DNA of 32,000 nt. It comes from Akkermansia muciniphila ATCC BAA-835. GTDB taxonomy: Bacteria > Verrucomicrobiota > Verrucomicrobiia > Verrucomicrobiales > Akkermansiaceae. The notes under the pieces were generated by a model that was given only the letters and a program-made list of their open reading frames with translations, did not search any database and was not told the origin of the DNA. Position numbers and translations under genes: made by a program. Positions 25,493-32,000 of this stretch are shown one piece after another (position 1 is the first letter of the stretch; each line of letters opens with the position of its first letter). The stretch is from contig NC_010655.1 of assembly GCF_000020225.1 (NCBI RefSeq), positions 360,001 to 392,000 of the forward strand. The letters are read 5' to 3'.

Positions 25493-27501
25493 AATTCCAA
25501 TCTGTTTTTAATATGATGATAGATTGATTTTAATTGCTCACTTGTGTTCTGTATAGTAGATTGTTTTGCAATATCCAATAACCCAACAATACCAAGATCA
25601 ACATTTTCCTGATCCAATAAATGCTCAATAAATAAACTATTGTTCAGGTTTGATGTTATGATTAATGAGTTGGGCTTCTTTAGGAATTCAGCAAAAACGC
25701 TTGCAGCATTCCTTTCGTATGATATATCCAAACTACTGTCCGGTGTCTCAACTATATAAAAAGACGGAGTCCTATAGAAGAATGTAAGAATACTCATTCT
25801 AAAAGAATGATCCACAAAGAATCTTTGTGATTCTGACATTTCTTCTTCGTAAAACCGGACTTTCCCATCAATAACAGGATAAAAACGCTTGTTTGTATCT
25901 CCAGTTTGTTTGATGTATGTCAGCTCGCAAGGTACACCTAAAAACTTTCCTGCGTATTGGGCAAAAATCGAGGAAAACGCATGAACATTAGCTGTTATAA
26001 CATCTTCTATTTCGTTTGAAATAGAAGTCACGATATTATACTGCTCGTCACGTTGTTTTTGGTATGCCTCTTTTTGTTGGGTCAGACGATTTACTTCATC
26101 TAGGAATGGTTGAATGGAATTTTGACTATTATCAGACATAGCATTTTCATACTCCAGTTCCCTGATTTGTTGCTGAATCGTTCTTCTTTCCAATTCAATC
26201 TTAGTAAACTCTGTATCTGAGTTAATGATTTGTTGCTCTATATTTTGTATTGTCTGCTTCTTGGTATTAATAGACTGATATAATGTTTTTCTATGTGTGC
26301 TTATCTCATCAAAACGTTTTCTTAATATTGTATCCGTTTCTGTGTTTTCATTAATTGAAGAGCCACAAGCAAAACAACTATTTGAGTCATTTGCAACTTT
26401 TTCAACCAATTCATCATTTGGCTGATTGCACATCGGACAGATGTGGTTCAGCTGAATGTTCTTTATGAAAACATGATATGAAGGATGTAGAGTCTCCCAT
26501 ATATGGTTATTTAGTTGCTCCTCTATTTGTTTTAACTGTTTATCCATATCATTTGCAGATAAACTTATTTTGTTGATTTCATTCTGCAATAGTGATATGT
26601 CTTGACTTTTAGAAGCACGTTCTTTTTGTATGGATGCCAGTTTGGCGTCCATTCCTGCAAGCTTTCCCTTTAAATCAATAAGAATAAGTGCAGTGTTCCC
26701 TTGATTAGCTGTTGAGTGGTCGGCTGACGGAGAAGTATCCTTCATTTTGCCAAGAACCTTATTAATAGCTCTCATGTCTTCTGAACTATGACGAGACAAA
26801 CTATCAAAATATTTAGCTTTTCTAATAGCTTCTTGCCGTTTCTTGTCGAGAACAGGGTCATTGAAATATTTGTTAAATAGTTCGCTTTGTACATCAGGGA
26901 AGAAGCCACCATCATTCCAAAGGATGGTCTTGTGGTCTTCTCCGAAAAAAAGTACCTCGTTTACGAAAAATATTAAATCATCAAATTCTAAATTTGTATT
27001 AGTCTTAATGATTTTCTCATATAGATAAGGCAACATATTAACTTTTGCAGCATCAGATAATTTTTCGTAGCTAAACTGATTGATTAAGGTGCCAAATACT
27101 TCTGTTCCATCAACCTTAAGTTTGGTTAAGGTTATGGAGGATAAATCTCTTGTCAAATCAACTGTAACATTGTTTATCTTCATGCTAATTGATACGGTAG
27201 GAGAAGCATCCGTGTGAATGCTGTCATCCATGCGATTGCTGAAATACTTTTGCGGAAACAGTTGGCGTTTTTCTATAATATTTCCTTGGTATGTACGAGT
27301 ATATCCGAAAGGCTTTTTGTATAACCCAAGAATTGCATATCGAATAATGTTGACAAAAGTAGTTTTCCCCATGCCATTACCACCTAGCACAAGATTGACG
27401 CCTTTAACAAAATCAAAGGTGTAATCCAAACCGTTGGGGTATAAAGTATAATTCTTAATATTTATACTCAATAGCTCTGGCAGATAAATGTGTCTACTCA
27501 T
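25486..27501 (-). CDS. SMC/Rad50/RecN-like ABC ATPase with a coiled-coil insert containing a 4-Cys zinc ribbon
   Basis: 671 aa. Walker A VLGGNGMGKTTF (about 27355-27390). About 350 aa of Q/E/K/I-rich heptad-like helix. CPMC-x17-CFAC at 26365-26439. Signature-like MSESQR at 25825-25839. Walker B/D-loop FYIVETPDSSLD at 25723-25765. Confidence 0.85.
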   Translation of the reverse strand: MSRHIYLPELLSINIKNYTLYPNGLDYTFDFVKGVNLVLGGNGMGKTTFVNIIRYAILGLYKKPFGYTRTYQGNIIEKRQLFPQKYFSNRMDDSIHTDASPTVSISMKINNVTVDLTRDLSSITLTKLKVDGTEVFGTLINQFSYEKLSDAAKVNMLPYLYEKIIKTNTNLEFDDLIFFVNEVLFFGEDHKTILWNDGGFFPDVQSELFNKYFNDPVLDKKRQEAIRKAKYFDSLSRHSSEDMRAINKVLGKMKDTSPSADHSTANQGNTALILIDLKGKLAGMDAKLASIQKERASKSQDISLLQNEINKISLSANDMDKQLKQIEEQLNNHIWETLHPSYHVFIKNIQLNHICPMCNQPNDELVEKVANDSNSCFACGSSINENTETDTILRKRFDEISTHRKTLYQSINTKKQTIQNIEQQIINSDTEFTKIELERRTIQQQIRELEYENAMSDNSQNSIQPFLDEVNRLTQQKEAYQKQRDEQYNIVTSISNEIEDVITANVHAFSSIFAQYAGKFLGVPCELTYIKQTGDTNKRFYPVIDGKVRFYEEEMSESQRFFVDHSFRMSILTFFYRTPSFYIVETPDSSLDISYERNAASVFAEFLKKPNSLIITSNLNNSLFIEHLLDQENVDLGIVGLLDIAKQSTIQNTSEQLKSIYHHIKNRLELC

Positions 27502-27553
27502 AATACTTTCTTTAAAAAGATCGGCTATATATACAACAGATCCAATATAATTA

Positions 27554-27561
27554 CAAAAATA
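27554..27561 (-). promoter_or_regulatory. Bacteroidota-type -7 promoter box (TAnnTTTG) upstream of the ATPase operon
   Basis: The minus strand reads TATTTTTG, 53 nt upstream of the ATG at 27501, inside a 114-nt AT-rich gap. The expected -33 TTTG is not clearly present (ACTTTA only). Confidence 0.3.
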
Positions 27562-27615
27562 CTTTTTTCTTCAATTATAAAGTTGTAGCACGGTATTATT
27601 AAAAACTTTTGTTCT

Positions 27616-28983
27616 TTATATAATATCCTCCGTTTTTTTTGCTCCACGATATTCTATCAAGCCTAGACTGATTAGATTCTTCAATGTGCGAGACAACGTA
27701 GGGACACAGACTTCTATCATTGTAGACAACTCATTGGTCCTTAGACCAGGAGTTTTAGATAAAATCAGAAGAACTTGTTTCTCTCGTGAATTTATCCTAT
27801 CATTTAATCTATCATTTAGTTTATCATCGGTGGTTCTTAGGGACTTGGTTCGCTTCATAAAAGTAACGGTAAAGAAGCCCTTGTTGTCAAATTCGGGTTC
27901 AGGCAGACCAGCTTCTTTCATAAGGCGGCGCATACGGGGAATGCCGGAGCCTACTTTCTCAACAAGCTGCATTCTTGTGAATAGTCCGAAAATAAGTGGA
28001 TTCCGGCTCATACTCTTTTCTCCGAAGTTTTCTGCAACAATGGGAAGAAGACCTCCGGGATTGGAAATCTCAACCCGGTCATCATATACTTCAACCATCA
28101 CTGTCGCACCCTCTTCATACAGGTCGCGATGACAGATGGCGTTCATAACCGACTCCTTGAAAACATCCAGCGGTATCTCCCATATTTCTTTTCGTGGCCC
28201 CGTACCTTCGATGATGTACTCTACTTCAAGTTTGCTCTCAATCCACGAGAGAGTATTGAGATACTGCTGATATAGTGGTCCTCCAAAAGTCTTGTCATCT
28301 ATGATGTGGACCTTGTCAAAACCTTTGAATCTCAAACATCTTACGACAGCATGAGCAAACTTCCTCTCCGGCTCTTTGCCGAAGAAAAGAGCAGCGGCAT
28401 TCTTCACTCGTCCATCATCGGTTGTTAGTTCCAGGTTGTCGAATAATTGTCGAATCGGTAAATCTTCAGATAGGTGAGATTTTTCAAGAAAGGAACGGAA
28501 ATTATGGCTGTCTATGTCCTCGTCAATGCCAAACCATTTGCATGGAATGGCATCATAAAATATCTTTGAACATTCGGCAAAGAAAGCCCGTATTTCTTCA
28601 GCCGTTCTCAACTTTTGGCAGTTGGCACCCTCTCTTACATATATCACGCCTCCGGCGATGTAAGGTTTGTCCTTACCGCTTGGCACATCAACAACCCATA
28701 TCTTCTTACCATCAACATCCATCGGATAAAAGACGCAATGCAGGGCAGGAGAAATTTCACCGATGGTGTCTTGGATTGCTGAACGCTTATTATTGTCTAT
28801 CTCGGCGCCTATAATCTTGTTGTCATCACTAACACCAATGAGAACATAACCTCCGGCGGCATTAGCAAAACCAGCCACTTCCTCGAATAGTTCTCTTACT
28901 TTTGAAGGCACACTGCGTTTGAAGTCCACATTGTAGCCTTCGCCTCCTTTTACAAGGTCAAGTATTTGAGATGCCGTTAACAT
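27616..28983 (-). CDS. AlbA_2 (Schlafen-like 'divergent AAA') + HATPase_c_4-like + C-terminal winged-helix DNA-binding protein
   Basis: 455 aa. The N-terminus GGEGYNVDFKRSVPSKVRELFEEVAGFANAAGGYVLIGVSDDNKIIG is the AlbA_2 signature. The middle ESVMNAICHRDLYEEGATVMVEVYDDRVEISNPGG is HATPase_c_4-like. The C-terminus REKQVLLILSKTPGLRTNELSTMIEVCVPTLSRTLKNLISLGLIEYRG is a MarR/ArsR-like wHTH. This family is often mis-annotated as RecG-like. Confidence 0.8.
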   Translation of the reverse strand: MLTASQILDLVKGGEGYNVDFKRSVPSKVRELFEEVAGFANAAGGYVLIGVSDDNKIIGAEIDNNKRSAIQDTIGEISPALHCVFYPMDVDGKKIWVVDVPSGKDKPYIAGGVIYVREGANCQKLRTAEEIRAFFAECSKIFYDAIPCKWFGIDEDIDSHNFRSFLEKSHLSEDLPIRQLFDNLELTTDDGRVKNAAALFFGKEPERKFAHAVVRCLRFKGFDKVHIIDDKTFGGPLYQQYLNTLSWIESKLEVEYIIEGTGPRKEIWEIPLDVFKESVMNAICHRDLYEEGATVMVEVYDDRVEISNPGGLLPIVAENFGEKSMSRNPLIFGLFTRMQLVEKVGSGIPRMRRLMKEAGLPEPEFDNKGFFTVTFMKRTKSLRTTDDKLNDRLNDRINSREKQVLLILSKTPGLRTNELSTMIEVCVPTLSRTLKNLISLGLIEYRGAKKTEDII

Positions 28984-28987
28984 AATG

Positions 28988-28995
28988 CAAAATTA
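28988..28995 (-). promoter_or_regulatory. Second TAnnTTTG-type box just upstream of the AlbA_2 gene
   Basis: The minus strand reads TAATTTTG, ending 4 nt before the ATG at 28983. That is too close for a normal leader, so it is either a leaderless-type start or coincidence. Confidence 0.15.
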
Positions 28996-29035
28996 CGAAA
29001 TTATTTTGAAATGACATAATGATAAGGGCTGTGTG

Positions 29036-30250
29036 TCACCACATCTCACACTCTTTCTTCGACATTGCGGCGATTTCATCGGCTATCTCTTCGGAGGAGA
29101 GTTTGATGTAGTCCATGAAGGTCTTTTGGGTTTTGTGGCCGCTGACGTGCATCATCTGGAGCATCGTGTATTTGTGGGAGAGGTACATATTGGTGATTCC
29201 TGTTCTTCGGGCGGTATACGAAGTTACACAAGCATAACGCGGAACAATAACGTTGCCGTTGAGGTCGGTCTCAGCTTCCTTGCCTTCTTTTTTCAGTGCC
29301 TCCTTCTGCTTCATAGTCAATCGGGTCGGCACTTTCTCAGCAAGGGTCGGCATAATTTCCGACAAATCTTTGAGAATGTTCTTGATGTAGCGGTTCAACA
29401 CCTGCTCGTTGACTTTCGGCACATTGTAGCCGTATTTCTCGCAGATGGCTATTAGATTCTCATTAAGAACCGGAATTGTCACCTCGGTCTTGGTCTTTTG
29501 CTGGACTATACGGATGATGCGTGTGCCTTTGCGTGTAGTCTCAAAGCAGTCGGCATGAGATTGTTGTAGTCACTGACACGTTGGCAAGTATAGCAACCGA
29601 TGAGAAAAACATCGCGTATAAGGTCGTTCTTACCGGTCAGCGGCATTTCATAGAGAACTTGCAGTTCATCTTCCGTCAGATAGATTTCGACAGCCTTGTC
29701 GCGGTCTTCAATCTTGTTCTTCACAATCAGCGAAGCGGCACGTTGGTTGTGTCATGCACACCATCAATGAAAGCGGCGTTTATCAAAGCTTTCAGGTTGG
29801 TCAGATGCTTGTTGACAACCTTCTCCATATAGCCGTTCGCGCCTTTTCTCTCGCCTCTTCACGCTTGGTAATCGCCTTCCGCTCGGCTGCGGCTGCTTCC
29901 TCTTTTGCCCTGCGCTCTGCATCCACCTTTTCAGACTCGGATATGTAGCGCACATCCATGTCGAGAGCCTCACGATCGAAATCAATTTTCGCCATGTGAG
30001 CCTTTACGATGCCTTCAATCTGCGTTAGCTTGGCATGAAGTTGGTAATTCTTCTTCTGATGCGCCAGCCACGCACGTGGCGAAGCGGTGGCTTTCAGCCA
30101 TTCGTTCACCTCCACTTGGAGCAATGTCGAAATAAGCACATCAATCTTTCGGGTATGGATGCGGATAAACAGAGTCGCGGTATCCTTTTTCAAGTCCTTG
30201 TTGCGAACATGAAACGGTGTCAATTTTTTCGGAGAGGGTGTTGTTGCCAT
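29036..30250 (-). pseudogene. Tyrosine recombinase/integrase (Bacteroidota-type with Arm-binding N-terminus) with at least 3 frameshifts
   Basis: Fragments in successive frames: MATTPSPKKLTPFHVRNKDLKKDTATLFIRIH ... EKA | NGYMEKVVNKHLTNLKALINAAFIDGVHD | NQRAASLIVKNKIEDRDKAVEIYLTEDE ... CQRVSDYNNL | ADCFETTRKGTRIIRIVQQKTKTEVTIPV ... TSYTARRTGITNMY ... HVSGHKTQKTFMDYIK. The catalytic R, the R in ARRT, H and Y are all recognisable. Frame changes are at about 29835-29850, about 29745-29752 and about 29550-29558. Confidence 0.85.
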
Positions 30251-30354
30251 ATATTTGTTTGTCGTTAAATTTGAATGTCGGCTTTCACAGTTGTTCCCTG
30301 TCAGCCACTTTGGTTCTGCAAATATAACAACTCAAACTGCCATTTGTCAAATCG

Positions 30355-30376
30355 GGTCACCACGCAGGTCACCACG
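30355..30376. repeat. Tandem direct repeat GGTCACCACG-ca-GGTCACCACG upstream of the integrase
   Basis: Exact 10-nt copies at 30355-30364 and 30367-30376, about 105 nt upstream of the integrase ATG (30250), followed by a T6 run. A related tggtcaccg occurs at 18903-18911 near the other end of the island. Confidence 0.6.
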
Positions 30377-30523
30377 TTTTTTGAATGACGGTGAAATTCC
30401 AAAATTCAGTCGAAATTTATATTGCGTTATTATTCAGTATTTTGCATCCAGTTCAAATTCATCTTGATTCACCTCAATTCACAAACTCAAGTTCTGTTGG
30501 AACCACGCCACGGAAAAATCCTT

Positions 30524-31159
30524 TTAACAGAATTGATTTCCGCACAATTCTTCCAGAATACCGTAAAAACGGCCCACATGCACCCCGTCCACCAGCACAT
30601 GGTTTGCCTGAATGGCCACGGGCATCACCATCCTGCCGGAAGCATCCGCCTCCATCTTCCCCCAATGGATGAGGGGAAAGTATTGTCCCCGAAACACTCT
30701 GTAGGCGCTGGCCACCTGTGTGAATGGAATCCACGGCAGGCAGCTGAATACGGCGATATCCGCCCTATGGCACGGATTCGCCTGGGCGGGAGCAAGTTTG
30801 GCAGCCTGCACAAGAGGAACGGCATGTTTCAGGAAATCAGACAACTCCATCCGGTATTCCACTAAAATCTGAGTGAATTCTCCATCCGCAGCCAGCACTG
30901 GAACCAGGGCATCCACGGACTCATACTCCCATACATCCCCTTCCTCCACCCGCTGGCGCAGCTGGGGCACCCTGTTCAACGCCTTCAGCAGCACAAACAG
31001 GCACAAAATGAAAAAGGAAACCCCCTCCCGTTTCGCATAACGGTACAGGGCATCCACCCGGACCGGGGACGTAATGGAAAACATGGGGCAGTCAAACGTC
31101 TGGAAATACTCATAATGAGACTTTCGAGGCCAGGAAGAGATTTCTATTTTCTTTTTCAT
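30524..31159 (-). CDS. cat: Chloramphenicol O-acetyltransferase-family (type A CAT-like) protein
   Basis: 211 aa. WPRKSHYEYF N-terminus, SCLPWIPFT, and the catalytic-His region AIQANHVLVDGVHVGRF (the H-x-x-x-D-G pattern of CAT). High GC like the core genome. Substrate not verifiable. Confidence 0.8.
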   Translation of the reverse strand: MKKKIEISSWPRKSHYEYFQTFDCPMFSITSPVRVDALYRYAKREGVSFFILCLFVLLKALNRVPQLRQRVEEGDVWEYESVDALVPVLAADGEFTQILVEYRMELSDFLKHAVPLVQAAKLAPAQANPCHRADIAVFSCLPWIPFTQVASAYRVFRGQYFPLIHWGKMEADASGRMVMPVAIQANHVLVDGVHVGRFYGILEELCGNQFC

Positions 31160-31335
31160 GCACTTATTTTCTATTCAGGGAAGGCTCCCCGTTTCACAAC
31201 AGCTTCTTTCCTTCCATTATTCCCCGGCTCTACCGGAAATTCCAACCCGGCTGTTCCCAGCGCCAAAGCATTGATTAATGCTTCTATTTATTCAATTATC
31301 AACTATGTTGCAACAAAGAACATCCTGAATGCCCC

Positions 31336-32000
31336 CTACCCCTCGCGAACGGAAAGCAAATCCGTTACGGACGCATGCTTCATGCGCCACGCAGGCAGAA
31401 GGCACGCCAAGGATGAGAGGGAAAGCACCAAAAGCACAGCACAGGCCAGATGCGCCCAAGGCATCGTGACAGGAGGAGTAACGACGCCGAAGTGATAGCC
31501 GTATTCCAAAATCTGGATGGAGCACCAGGCGCCCAGGACTCCCAGCACAAGACTCATGACAACGGAGCACAGGGAAACCATCAGCGTTTCCGCCCAGAGC
31601 ATCCGCATCACCATGCCGCCCGGCACGCCCACCGCACGCATCAATCCAAACTCCCGGCGGCGGGACTGCACGGAAGCCAGGACGGTGTTAAGTACGGCCA
31701 GAACGGCGATCACCATCATGATGATGGGAAGCTTGCTCATCGTAAAAATCACATCGTCCCCGCGGCTGGTAACGCTTCCTCCCAGGCTTTCCCGGGTCAG
31801 GGCCTTCACCAGAGGCTTGGCGCCTTCCCCTCCGTTTTCCTGCTCCCGCACCTTCATCAGGGCGTATTCCCCCAGGTCGTTCTGAAGTTCCACGTTGCTG
31901 ATCCCCGGAGCAGTATCCCCCCAGATAAACTGGAATCCCTGATGAGCGTATTCCTCTTTGAGCCAGCGTTCATCGGCAATCGCCAAAGCGGCAACAAAAC
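31336..32000 (-). CDS. ABC transporter permease, FtsX/MacB/LolE-like (C-terminal part; 5' end beyond the window)
   Basis: The C-terminal four-TM FtsX domain has RRREFGLMRAVGVPGGMVMRMLWAETLMVSL. The frame is open to the window edge, so the gene is partial. Confidence 0.8.
   Translation of the reverse strand, partial: FVAALAIADERWLKEEYAHQGFQFIWGDTAPGISNVELQNDLGEYALMKVREQENGGEGAKPLVKALTRESLGGSVTSRGDDVIFTMSKLPIIMMVIAVLAVLNTVLASVQSRRREFGLMRAVGVPGGMVMRMLWAETLMVSLCSVVMSLVLGVLGAWCSIQILEYGYHFGVVTPPVTMPWAHLACAVLLVLSLSSLACLLPAWRMKHASVTDLLSVREG

Larger units (their letters stand above)
18447..30523. mobile_element. Degenerate integrative element / genomic island of about 12 kb carrying defence-type cargo (boundaries approximate)
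   Basis: Lies between two high-GC core genes. Contains a tyrosine integrase (frameshifted), an HTH_17 excisionase-like gene, a primase/SF3-helicase-like gene (frameshifted), a 1.7-kb stretch of gene remnants and very AT-rich cargo. Spot GC counts of single 60-nt lines are 30% (24481) and 35% (26161) in the cargo versus 52-53% (12601, 8641) in core genes. I could not identify flanking direct repeats by eye. Confidence 0.7.

Noticed and set aside
30255-30865. Plus-strand ORFs of 70-147 aa across the island edge and antisense to the CAT-family gene
   Set aside because: They have no motifs, partly overlap a confident gene on the opposite strand, and the remainder lies in the integrase upstream/att-like non-coding region.

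Overview
The window has two parts. About 18.4 kb at the left and 1.5 kb at the right are high-GC core chromosome. A foreign island of about 12 kb sits between them.

Core genes, left side: rplC, rpsJ, fusA, rpsG and rpsL (minus strand), then gpmI and a hotdog thioesterase. These are followed by a PAS histidine kinase, a sigma-54 (NtrC-type) response regulator and a 625-aa polytopic membrane protein in one overlapping operon. Next come xseB-dxs, a secreted TPR protein, a short RecO-like protein, an LptF/LptG-family permease, der and an OppD/DppD-like ABC ATPase. Right side: a CAT-family acetyltransferase and a partial FtsX-type permease. The protein sequences and GC content look Verrucomicrobia/Akkermansia-like to me. 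That is recognition only and is unverified.

The island spans roughly 18.45-30.5 kb. Its backbone looks Bacteroidota-like: a tyrosine integrase, an HTH_17 excisionase-like protein and a primase/SF3-helicase-like protein. The integrase has at least 3 frameshifts and the primase/helicase gene at least 2, so the element appears immobilised.

Its cargo is intact and much more AT-rich. It contains an AlbA_2/Schlafen-like + HATPase_c_4-like + wHTH protein. Downstream is a tightly packed four-gene operon (22474-27501, minus strand):
- an SMC/Rad50-like ABC ATPase with a 4-Cys zinc ribbon in its coiled coil
- a 195-aa helical 'middle' protein
- a protein with a C-terminal PD-(D/E)xK nuclease motif
- an amino-DNA methyltransferase (FCGSGTT ... 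TSPPY)

This operon is the best candidate for an undescribed defence system. It has ABC-3C/Lamassu-like logic fused to a methyltransferase. All functional calls come from reading motifs in the supplied translations. No database search was possible.
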